A stretch of DNA of 59,160 bases, the filler included. It is 7 parts of 7 records of this genome, joined end to end, with 100 filler letters (N's around TTAATTAATTAA, not from the genome) between each part and the next. Parts side by side here need not be neighbours in the genome. Positions count along the whole stretch, not along the records: positions 39,718 to 52,380 come from SRR31147125_41572; positions 52,481 to 59,160 come from SRR31147125_41670; 5 more parts are not named here. The stretch is one strand, 5' to 3'. Within the stretch, counting starts at the first letter, position 1. Each line of letters starts with the position of its first letter. The translations under genes were made by a program, and so were the position numbers. The notes beneath the pieces are model-generated. The model saw only the letters and a program-made list of their open reading frames with translations. It was not told where the DNA came from and searched no databases. Below are positions 50,220 through 59,160 of the stretch, in pieces.

Positions 50220-51130
50220 AGTGCGCGATCCATCACGTTCATTGTATCCGGGTCCATCTCGCCCAGCCCCATGGCATGGGCAGCCACCGTGGATGAAAGA
50301 GCCCGCGGTTCGAGATCGAACAACGTGGTCGCCAGGGCGTCGGCAGCCACGGGGTCAGTGGAGGCGAAAAGCGTGTCGACAGTGCGGACATCGGCGAGGG
50401 AACCTCCCTGGGGTCCGTTTTCGAGCAGGATTCGAGTCGCATCGATGACCGTCAAGGTCGGCCTGATCACCGTGGCGAGATCAGCAAGATTCTGGCCGAG
50501 ATCGTGGTGAAGCCGACCGCGCCGGCCACCGATCACGCCCATCGAATTTTTCAGTCCCAGCGTCAGGCGGCTCAGTCCGTGGTGTTTTGCCACCGGCACG
50601 TTGATGTAGCTGTCCGCCGTCAGCGCCTCCTTGTAAATGGGCCACTCTTTCAGTGATTTCGCATCAGCGATTTTCGTGTCCGTGAATTTCCGCTTATCGA
50701 TATGGGAGAGCTTCACGCGTTTGTCGCCGATAGCCGCAAGGGCGTCGCTGATGCCGCTGTTGGTGTAGCACCTGCGTTTCTCGTTGCAGGTGAAATCAAA
50801 GACCGCAACCTGTTTCGCCCCCGCTTCGCAGGCCATCTCGACAAGCGTTCTAACAACCACCGGATGGGTATTGGCGGCCTGTTCCGGACTCCGGTCCCAG
50901 CCGATATTGGGTTTCACCACCACCCGCTGCCCCGGACTGACGAACCGTTTCATCCCGCCGAGCATATCGATCGTAGTCCGCACCAGCGCTTCATAGTCTT
51001 TTCCTTTCACCCGGGCAATGTCGGGCCTTACGCCGGATTTTTCAGCTGCCACCCCGATACGTGCCAGAGGCGCCAGGCTGAAGCCGGCGATCAGGAGCAG
51101 ACATTGTTTTAATACAATTCGTCTGTTCAT
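50216..51130 (-). CDS. DUF362 family protein with Tat-like signal
   Basis: MNRRIVLK, VVVKPNIGW, NTHP, INVPVAKHH, LKNSMG, DPVAAD; AGGAG RBS. Confidence 0.88.
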   Translation of the reverse strand: MNRRIVLKQCLLLIAGFSLAPLARIGVAAEKSGVRPDIARVKGKDYEALVRTTIDMLGGMKRFVSPGQRVVVKPNIGWDRSPEQAANTHPVVVRTLVEMACEAGAKQVAVFDFTCNEKRRCYTNSGISDALAAIGDKRVKLSHIDKRKFTDTKIADAKSLKEWPIYKEALTADSYINVPVAKHHGLSRLTLGLKNSMGVIGGRRGRLHHDLGQNLADLATVIRPTLTVIDATRILLENGPQGGSLADVRTVDTLFASTDPVAADALATTLFDLEPRALSSTVAAHAMGLGEMDPDTMNVMDRAL

Positions 51131-51370
51131 ACCCATCTCCTGGAAGAAAAGGTTTCTCTCCACTGATCAGTCAGTGTAACACACTCAGGTACAGGCTTCC
51201 ATGCCCGGCCACGCTCATTCGCCAATGCGTCGGCTATGGCACATTGTAGCACATCGAAGATAAATCGCATATGGCGAACTCTGCGGAAAACGTACCAATT
51301 ACTCCTGGCGGCAGGACCAAAAAATGAAAAACCTTTTAAAAAGCACTGTCTTTCCTATATTAATGAGCGT

Positions 51371-52380
51371 ATGAAACAAATATGGACATATACCGATCTG
51401 ATCGATCTGGAATACTGTTTGTCTCTCGATGAAGAGTCCCTTCAGTCGGATCTGCACGAACGTGATCGTGAAATCTTCCTGCACGCCCCGAAGGATATCA
51501 GGGAGGCTGCACAAGAGCATCTCGTCCACCACTGGCTGCGGGGTAGGCGAAGGCAGCTATTCGGAGATGGCAGCGAAAAAAGCCCCGGACAAGTGAGCGC
51601 CGACGCGTTTCGCGCGCTGGCATACTTTATCGGGGCAGCGGGAATTGTTCTCGGCTGGATCGCCGGTTATTCATTTCTCGCCTATTCCGGAACCACGCCG
51701 GTCAATGTCCTCAATTTCCTCTTCATTTTCGTTTTCAGCCAGCTGCTCGTCATGACCGCTGTCACGATAACCGTCCCACTGCGAATCGCCGGTTATTCAG
51801 CACTGCCCGCACCGGTCGTTTCACTCTACGCATTGATCGCGAGTCGGCTCGGTTCCCGACTGGCCCGCGTCGCAGCACCTGCGGCCCATCTGTCGGGGAA
51901 ACAGCGCGCGGCCTGGGGACAGCTTTCCGGCATCTGGAAGAAACAGCAGATACGCTACCGGCAGGCAGCATACTGGCCGCTCTTCGCCCTGTCCCAGTAC
52001 ATGATGACCGGTTTCAATTTCGGCCTGCTGTCGGCAACCGTGTATCGGCTGCTGACCAGTGATATCGCTTTCGGCTGGCAGTCCACCGTTCAATTCAGTG
52101 TCGAATTCATCCACAAAACCGTCACGCTGCTGGCCTTTCCGTGGTCGTGGATCGTCCCCGCTCATTACGCCTGCCCATCCGCTGCAGAAATCGAGGGCAG
52201 CAGGATCATCCTCAAGGACGGGATCTACCACCTGACCACTGGTGACCTGGTTTCCTGGTGGCCGTTTCTGGTTCTCTGCATCATCGTCTACGGGCTGTGT
52301 TTTCGAGGTGTTCTGCTCCTGGTTGGCAGAATCGGCCGTAAACGGGCACTGCAAGCGCTCCGTTTCAACACTCCCGCACT
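51371..52380 (+). CDS. DUF2868-like membrane protein, 3' truncated
   Basis: W..TDLIDLEY, YSGTTPVNV, DIAFGWQST, IEGSR, WWPFL..IIVYG. Confidence 0.7.
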
Positions 52381-52480
52381 NNNNNNNNNNNNNNNNNNNN
52401 NNNNNNNNNNNNNNNNNNNNNNNNTTAATTAATTAANNNNNNNNNNNNNNNNNNNNNNNNNNNNNNNNNNNNNNNNNNNN
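52381..52480. other. Artificial contig spacer
   Basis: N-run, TTAATTAATTAA, N-run. Confidence 0.98.
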
Positions 52481-52753
52481 AACATCTGCGCTGTAGCATA
52501 CCATCTTTAATAATGCTTGCATAACTGTCATCTTCCATCCCTTTTGGCAAGCTTACGCAATTCTATACTCCATATTCAAATCTGCCGATTTGATAATTAG
52601 CTCCTTGCAGAATTTAACCATATCTTCATTAGAGTCAAAAATATTGGTTAAAGAAGATAATATATATTATAGTGATTCAATTAAAGTAAATGTAATTAAT
52701 ACCATAATTTAAGAGTACAGAGTTCTTGCTCCTGTATCACTTATTTCAATAAT

Positions 52754-53701
52754 TCAAAAATGGAAAAATCCCTCTTGTATGCTATAAATATTCCCGTCAT
52801 TTGTATTACAAAGGAGTTTTCCTTTGTAAAAAGCACCGCATTCAATTTCCTCTTCAGCACATTTACAATTTGACAAGTCAACCTTTGCAATGATACATCT
52901 TTTTTCAAGATCAAAAACACGAATACCTATGGGATAATCCTGATTTCCATAGCCGAATGTATAATAAATTTTGTTTTGATATAGTGTACCACCTTGAGTA
53001 AATAAAATATCAAAAGGTGTAGTAAACTGGTCAACTATATCTTCAGCTGTTAAAATAATTCTGTCGTTATTCTCCAAAATCGGAAGATGAAACCGGGTAA
53101 TAATAAATGCATTTTGATCATAGTATTCAAAATACTCTTTTGTAGTACGATAGCGTGCAGATAAAATATAAAATGCTTGATTATCTGAATCTACAAAAAA
53201 GGCTGGAGCACCCCAGCATGGCGATTCCCAATCAACTTCTGAAATGCCCTCATTTTTATATATAATGGTTTGTAAAGTCTCACTTGAGAATATAACTTTC
53301 CCAAAAATACTTTTCGATTTTGTGATGTTTTCCACAGCACATCTATAATAATACCCATCTTTATCCGCTTCACCACTGTTTCCAGTAGTTACATAAAGAA
53401 GCGGAATGGGATTATTCTTATAATAAATATTACTAAACATAGCTTGGTTTGCATGGTTACAATATTCCTTTGATGGTGTTCCCTTATTAAATGAACCTAA
53501 TTTGAACGATGCTATTGGTTTAGAAATCTTGCTTTCTAGATTATATACACTACACATTCCAGTATGGTAAAGCATATAAGCCTCATCCCCATATATTGCC
53601 ATACCTTGAGCTGAATCGTAACTTTTTTTAAAAGTCATATATAGATGACAATATTCACTATCTAGATTTCTATTTTCATTTTGATGTTTAGGCATTATCA
53701 T
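52754..53701 (-). CDS. Hypothetical protein, probable beta-propeller
   Basis: Blade-like repeats SAQGMAIY, HAN..F, TQGGTLYQNKIY, EIECGAFYKGKL. Confidence 0.6.
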   Translation of the reverse strand: MIMPKHQNENRNLDSEYCHLYMTFKKSYDSAQGMAIYGDEAYMLYHTGMCSVYNLESKISKPIASFKLGSFNKGTPSKEYCNHANQAMFSNIYYKNNPIPLLYVTTGNSGEADKDGYYYRCAVENITKSKSIFGKVIFSSETLQTIIYKNEGISEVDWESPCWGAPAFFVDSDNQAFYILSARYRTTKEYFEYYDQNAFIITRFHLPILENNDRIILTAEDIVDQFTTPFDILFTQGGTLYQNKIYYTFGYGNQDYPIGIRVFDLEKRCIIAKVDLSNCKCAEEEIECGAFYKGKLLCNTNDGNIYSIQEGFFHF

Positions 53702-53785
53702 TCTCCATATATGCTATTTTATTTCTTTTCTTTCTATAATAGATTTCACTTTCAAAATTATATATTATTAATCCAATTCCAAAAA

Positions 53786-54613
53786 TCAGCCTTTTACACC
53801 TGCAGTTGCTATTCCTTCTACAAAATATTTTTGACAGAAGATAAATAGAATTACAATCGGAATAATAGCACTAGTAGCTACTGCCATAGTTAATTCATAG
53901 CGTTGCGCTTCATCAAAAAGATAGAATCTAATAGCTTGAGCAATTGTAAATTTATCTTTATTCGGCAGGAATACCAGTGCATTTAAATATGCATTCCAAA
54001 GTTGTATAAAAGCCAATATTACTACTGAGACCATTGCCGGTATCGTTAAGGGCATCATTATCTTGAAAAATATCTTAAAATGACCTGCTCCATCAATTTT
54101 TGCTGCTTCCATTAAATCATCAGGCAATGATATATAAAATTGTCTTAAAAGAAATATCCCAGTGGCACCAAACCATGCAGGTAAAATAAGCGCCCATAAA
54201 TTATTATATAGTCCAACCTCAAAAAACAACATGAACCGTGGAATAATTGTAACCTGATAAGGTATCATCATAGAAGAAAGAAATAACATGAAAATTGCAT
54301 TTTTACCTCGGAAATTAACTTTTGCAAAGGCATATGCAGCAAGCGATGAAATAGTAACCTGTCCCAAACAACCCATTACTACAATTATTATAGAATTTGC
54401 AAAACATCTAGCTATAGAGATTTGCGGATTAGTCCATACCTTTTTATAGTTACTCCATTGCCATACAGAAGGCAACCATTGTTGACTGAAAACTTCATTA
54501 GTACTTTTTAATGATCCTAATATCATCCAAACTAATGGAAAAATAAATAAACAGGCTATAATTGCCAATACGAATGTTTTTATTATTTTTACTTTATATG
54601 ATTTATTCTCCAT
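53786..54613 (-). CDS. Carbohydrate ABC permease (MalG-like)
   Basis: AAYAFAK, EAAKIDGA, QKYFVEGI...GVKG. Confidence 0.92.
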   Translation of the reverse strand: MENKSYKVKIIKTFVLAIIACLFIFPLVWMILGSLKSTNEVFSQQWLPSVWQWSNYKKVWTNPQISIARCFANSIIIVVMGCLGQVTISSLAAYAFAKVNFRGKNAIFMLFLSSMMIPYQVTIIPRFMLFFEVGLYNNLWALILPAWFGATGIFLLRQFYISLPDDLMEAAKIDGAGHFKIFFKIMMPLTIPAMVSVVILAFIQLWNAYLNALVFLPNKDKFTIAQAIRFYLFDEAQRYELTMAVATSAIIPIVILFIFCQKYFVEGIATAGVKG

Positions 54614-54637
54614 ATCTTACTCCTTTATTTCTAACAA

Positions 54638-55522
54638 TTAATAGTGCACCCATTTTTTTTGTCCCCAAAAGTTAATTAAAGTTATAGCAATAATTATTAT
54701 AAATAGTATCATTGCTTCAGCACTTGCATATCCAAACTTATAACTACGAAAAGCATTTTGATATATCTCAACCACAATTGAAGTATTTGAATATGCTGTA
54801 TCACCAAAGTTCATTACTTCAATACTTGAAAATATCTTAAAGCAAGTAATAAATTGTACTATAACAAGATAAAAAGTTGTTGGAGAAATCGAAGGGAATG
54901 TTACACGAAAGAATTTCTGAATTCCATTAGCTCCGTCTAAATCTGCAGCTTCATACAAACTTTTCGGAACGTTTTGCAATGCGGCCATATATATAATTAA
55001 TTCGAATCCTATCTGTACCCATATAACAAATATAATTATTGGTATTTTGTTTAAATTAAAATCAGCAAACCATTGCAGTGGTTCTGCTAACCCGAAAAAT
55101 CTAATTAGTATATTATTTATTGCTCCATCCTCACGAAACAGAGCCTTAAATATCGCTGCCAATGCAACCGCGCTAGATATATAAGGAATAAAGAAAATTA
55201 AGCGTAATATTTTCTTAGCAAAGATATTGCTATTTAGTAAATATGCAAGAATCAAGGAAATACTTATTGATATAGGTACTATTGAAATGGCATATATAAA
55301 TGTATTTTTTAGACCCCAAATAAATCTCTTATCAGCTGTGAGCATTTTTGCAAAGTTATCAAGCCCTACAAACTTAATCCCTTCAATCCCCGATAAGAAA
55401 TTCCACTCAGTAAAAGATAAAATAATTGAGAAAATAAATGGGAAAGCAATAAGAGTTAAGAACACAATTAATGCTGGAGCTACAAACAGATAACCTGCTA
55501 GTGTTTCATTTTTTTTGTCCAT
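54638..55522 (-). CDS. Carbohydrate ABC permease (MalF/UgpA-like)
   Basis: FVGLDNF, LYEAADLDGA, FGYASA. Confidence 0.92.
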   Translation of the reverse strand: MDKKNETLAGYLFVAPALIVFLTLIAFPFIFSIILSFTEWNFLSGIEGIKFVGLDNFAKMLTADKRFIWGLKNTFIYAISIVPISISISLILAYLLNSNIFAKKILRLIFFIPYISSAVALAAIFKALFREDGAINNILIRFFGLAEPLQWFADFNLNKIPIIIFVIWVQIGFELIIYMAALQNVPKSLYEAADLDGANGIQKFFRVTFPSISPTTFYLVIVQFITCFKIFSSIEVMNFGDTAYSNTSIVVEIYQNAFRSYKFGYASAEAMILFIIIIAITLINFWGQKKWVHY

Positions 55523-55547
55523 AATTTAAATACCTTTCAAAATTAGC

Positions 55548-55611
55548 ATATAATCAACCCAACATTCAACCATATATTCTATTAAATAAATAAAAGTTGG
55601 GTCGATTATAT
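55548..55611 (-). terminator. Stem-loop between SBP and permease genes
   Basis: ATATAATCAACCCAAC...GTTGGGTCGATTATAT. Confidence 0.55.
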
Positions 55612-55652
55612 TAAAACTACTTACAAGCAGTTAATAACTGTTCTTTATTTAC

Positions 55653-57104
55653 TCATTGTGCGTCTTCAATTGCGGCATTTGCAAGTTCAGCTGCCTCTGC
55701 TAAAGCTTCCTCAACAGACATCTGTCCATTGTATGCATAAATTACATATTCACTCCATATATCAGTAAGTTCAGCATATGCTGTACTTATTGTATCATAA
55801 GCAGAAGGATTTGATGAAATACCAACAACTGATTTAAAAGTATCTACATCAATTAACTCAGCAGCAGCTTCTTCTGAACCAAATACTAGTTCTATTACAT
55901 CATCGCTTTCAGTACCATTCCATGCAGATTGATGACCTGCTATAGTAAGATATTTTGAACCATATGTAGAATACCATTTCAAGAAAGCCCATGCTGCATC
56001 TTCATCTTGGCAGCCAGTTGCTATACCAGCAAATGAGAAATAATTTACTCCGGACATATAGTTTGTTTGTCCAAGTTCCTTAACTGGATATGGTGCAAAG
56101 GCAGTTACCCAATCAACAGGATACGTTTCAGTATCACGCAAAAAGCGAACTAGGTTTGGAATAACTGTAGATGCACATGTGCCGTCTGTAAATGAAAACC
56201 ATGGTTTATAGTTATCTGCACGGTATGAAGATAATGAATACCAAACTCCTGCTTCCTCTGCAGAAATGTTAGTCTTAATTGTTTCAACAACAAAGTCTGA
56301 ATCAAAGTTTGAAGTACCATCTTCATTGTAGTAACGATTACAGCCTTCAACTTGATATACTGTATCTAACAAGTCGCCTAAAACATGATAGTTAGAACCA
56401 CCATAAACAATTGTATTACCATCAGCATCACGTTGTGTCATAGCTTCACTGGCAGCAATGTACTCATCCCATGTCCATTCAGTTGGGATTTCGCCTAAAC
56501 CTGCTGCGTCCCAAGCAGTTTTATTGATTGCTACATAATAGGATAGTCCACCATTAGGTAATACATAAACTGAATCATTATAATTATAAGCTTCTGTACC
56601 CCAGTTTTGAATTAAATCAATACCTTCTTCAGCAACTTTATCTGACAAGTCCATATATAAACCATTTTGCATTCTAGTCATTAGGTTTACAATTTCAAAA
56701 GATGCTAATACGTCTACTTCACCAGCCATGATAGAAGTATTTACTGCTATGTTGCCTTCTGCTTTATTACTATAAGTATTCAAAGCAACTTCTATGTTTG
56801 GATATACCTCGTTAAAAGCAGCAATCATGTCATCCATGCCTTGAGTGCCAGAAAAAGGTGTCCAGAAATTTACCTTACCTGAAATAGATGTATCCTCTTC
56901 AATAATCCATGAGTAAATATCTCCTTCTTCTACTGTAACTTCTTCTTCAACTGTAACTTCTTCTTCAACTGTTGATTCTGTACTCTCTTCTGCTGACTCT
57001 ACGTTTTCTGCTGACTCTACGTTTTCTGCTGAATCTGCTCCGCATCCTACTAGCACACTAGCAAGCATTGCAAATACAAGTACAAGTACAATAAATTTTT
57101 TCAT
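55653..57104 (-). CDS. ABC sugar-binding lipoprotein
   Basis: Lipobox LVGC; FNEVYPNIEV, PTEWTWDE, AAWAFLKW. Confidence 0.9.
   Translation of the reverse strand: MKKFIVLVLVFAMLASVLVGCGADSAENVESAENVESAEESTESTVEEEVTVEEEVTVEEGDIYSWIIEEDTSISGKVNFWTPFSGTQGMDDMIAAFNEVYPNIEVALNTYSNKAEGNIAVNTSIMAGEVDVLASFEIVNLMTRMQNGLYMDLSDKVAEEGIDLIQNWGTEAYNYNDSVYVLPNGGLSYYVAINKTAWDAAGLGEIPTEWTWDEYIAASEAMTQRDADGNTIVYGGSNYHVLGDLLDTVYQVEGCNRYYNEDGTSNFDSDFVVETIKTNISAEEAGVWYSLSSYRADNYKPWFSFTDGTCASTVIPNLVRFLRDTETYPVDWVTAFAPYPVKELGQTNYMSGVNYFSFAGIATGCQDEDAAWAFLKWYSTYGSKYLTIAGHQSAWNGTESDDVIELVFGSEEAAAELIDVDTFKSVVGISSNPSAYDTISTAYAELTDIWSEYVIYAYNGQMSVEEALAEAAELANAAIEDAQ
56926..57032 (-). repeat. Two in-frame 18-bp tandem repeat blocks in the SBP linker
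   Basis: Encode SAENVE-SAENVE-SAEE and VEEEVT-VEEEVT-VEE. Confidence 0.8.
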
Positions 57105-57143
57105 TACAAATCTCCTTATTTTATTATTTAACGCTATATGCGA

Positions 57144-58504
57144 TTAAACCAATGGTAAAAAAGCCTTATCTCTAACTAATGTTTCTTGTAGTTCTTTAAT
57201 ACTAATGTTTCGAACAAGACAATTTCTCTTAACTGCTAATGCTGCTGTCCCTGCAGCTTGTCCCAATGCCATAACCGGAGGCATTACGCGTATAGCACCG
57301 GCGAAACTGAAACGCTGCGTCCAGCTACTAGCATCTGTTCAACGTCCTCCGGAACCATACATCCATATGGAATACCATAATATTCTCCATTTTCAACAGT
57401 TATATATTCATTGGAACGAGGTCCGGACCGACCATGGATATCTACAGAATTCGCTGCTAAAACTATACTATCAACCGGAACATGTCCTTGTATGATATCT
57501 TCCAACTCCATGCGGTATGAGCCCTTTATATGACGGCTCTCCCTAATCCCTAAGGTAGATCCACTAGCCATCAACTTTGCATCTTCACAGCCGGGAATAT
57601 ATTTTCTAATAAAATTAAATATCTGTTCCATTTGCTTGCGTCCCTCTATTTCACCATGAGTCAGGCTTTCATTATTTGTAGAATCAACACCCATAATGCG
57701 GGAAGTATTAACACACCATTCTCCATTAACACTTTTGAATAAACCTATAGATATGCGTTCCAAAGTCCAATCTACAGCTTTCCGTGCTTCCTCTACACGC
57801 CAATGGAAGCTACGGTAATTAATTCCGTCTTTTCTATAAAAGTTATTAATATTCGCTTTAATATCTGCTTCTACTCGTTCATCATCTACATTGCAGATTC
57901 TAATGGCTGGGTAGACCCTAAACGCTCATTTCCCATTTCAAAAGAAACACCAGCTTGAGCAGCAACATCAGCATCTCCAGAACAATCTATTACTATTTTT
58001 GCTGCTATTATTTCAAATCTAGACTTAGAATAAACTACAATACCTTTCATGATATTCTCATCCTTTATAGATTGAACAAAGGAAGTGTGATAAAGAATCT
58101 GAACTCCTGCTTCTATTAGCATCTCGTCCATAACTAACTTTAAAATTTCAGGATTGAAAGTTACGTGGTCATGCCCAACCTCAATCCATGAAGTATAGAC
58201 CGTTTTTTTTCGTATTTTTGTAGGATGAATAGCACCACCTTTTTCTACCATGCGATTAACCAACTTCTTCAAACAGCCCCTTTATAATCATTCTTTCACC
58301 ACTTTTATCAAAACAGGTCATAAAAGGCCCAACAAGTCACAGCGTTGCCATCCCACCACAGCAGTTTCCTTTTTCAACTAATATAACTTTTACTCCATTT
58401 CTAGCTGCAGACACAGCTGCACAGAACCCTGATGGACCACCAACAACATCATCATCTGTATTATAGTTTGATTCTGCTGCATATATTTCAAAATTAATGT
58501 CCAC
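57144..58504 (-). pseudogene. FAD-dependent oxidoreductase (FAD_oxidored-like), multiply disrupted
   Basis: GGPSG..AA..AARNG, IDCSGDAD, GIRESR.I.G, YGIPY..MVP...LVAGRSVS, MALGQAAG; in-frame TGA, several frameshifts and short deletions. Confidence 0.8.
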
Positions 58505-58633
58505 TGTTGCACCCTTTCTAATGATTTTATTCACAAATTTAGAACGTTCCAAATTGTAGTCAAAAAAAATATTTCTTCTTTAATTACATTTAATATATTT
58601 AAAAATTATTTTTTCAATATTTAAAGCATGAAA

Positions 58634-59160
58634 TTAATATACTCTTTCCTTGACACTTTCTCTGTTAATTAGACGAGGTGAAATCGAAATTTTTTCTACT
58701 GGTCTATCTGTATTTTTTATTCTCTCCACAAGACATCTAGCTGCTCTTTCACCAATAACTTCACGTTGGATATTTATACTTGTTAACTTCAGGAGATGCA
58801 TAACCGCACAATGAAGAATCATCATACGATATGATAGAAATATCATCAGGAATCCTGATTTTCTCTTCGTATAAATATCGAAGAATACCCATAGCAATGT
58901 AATCATTAGCAGTAATTATTCCATCTGGTCGATTACCTTGTTCATAAAACGCCTTGAAAGCATCATAACCGCTTTTACCACTATTATTATCGCTAGCAAT
59001 TATCCAATCATGGTTGAAATCTACACCAGTCTCATAGGCAATTCTGCTAATTTCAGCAGCTCTTGTATAAAAAGAGTGAAAGTTCTTCGGACAACTTATT
59101 AAACAGATTTTCTTTGTGACCTGTTTTTTGCAAGAAACGAAAAGCCATTCCTGTACCCTC
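58634..59160 (-). CDS. LacI family regulator, C-terminal part, 5' truncated and frameshifted
   Basis: PDGIITANDYIAMG, GFLM../YD, LTSI, PRLINRES. Confidence 0.75.

Noticed and set aside
52481-52750. Possible gene at the start of contig 7
   Set aside because: Only short stop-interrupted frames with no recognisable motif
58337-58339. In-frame TGA where Gly is expected (MATL*LVGPF), suggesting genetic code 25 or selenocysteine
   Set aside because: Three intact genes on the same contig end in TGA and the gene has many other lesions; a GGA-to-TGA mutation is simpler

Overview
This window is not one chromosome. It is seven unrelated contigs joined by identical 100-nt spacers (N-run, TTAATTAATTAA, N-run) at 13049-13148, 18396-18495, 26218-26317, 31960-32059, 39618-39717 and 52381-52480, so neighbourhood arguments hold only within a contig. 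Taxonomic labels below are inferred from GC content and gene types. Contig 1 (1-13048, low GC, Clostridia-like) has a ribose/glycan catabolic cluster (ribokinase, LplABC-type ABC importer, rbsD, nucleoside hydrolase, secreted GH43-like/CBM13 enzyme, GH42-like enzyme split by an in-frame TAG), then small membrane paralogs and a BspA LRR protein. Contig 2 (Bacteroidota-like) has SusD, a plug-only TonB receptor, a UDG and a sulfatase. Contig 3 (spirochaete-like) has a clamp-loader subunit, an Hk2/Rrp2-like two-component pair, trpR, a NUDIX hydrolase and a TIR-like/ankyrin protein. Contig 4 (Clostridia-like) has a beta-CASP nuclease, an orphan membrane-anchored SBP, a GAF-GGDEF protein and proS. 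Contig 5 (Desulfobacterales-like accessory region) has attC remnants, LysE, an HD protein, DUF554 and a sigma54 activator. It also holds the most notable system: a BlaI repressor with twin palindromic operators, coupled to a BlaR1-type M56 protease whose sensor is a GT51 transglycosylase domain rather than a penicillin-binding domain. Contig 6 (Desulfobulbales-like) has fmt-larC-pgpA, leuCD, DUF4492-cydAB with an uncalled 30-aa CydX-like ORF, and a DUF362/polyferredoxin pair. Contig 7 (Clostridia-like) has LacI, a decayed FAD oxidoreductase and a sugar ABC importer. Many frameshifts fall in homopolymer runs and are probably sequencing errors. I recognised no rRNA, tRNA or CRISPR array. Family assignments come from motif recognition by eye, with no database searches.
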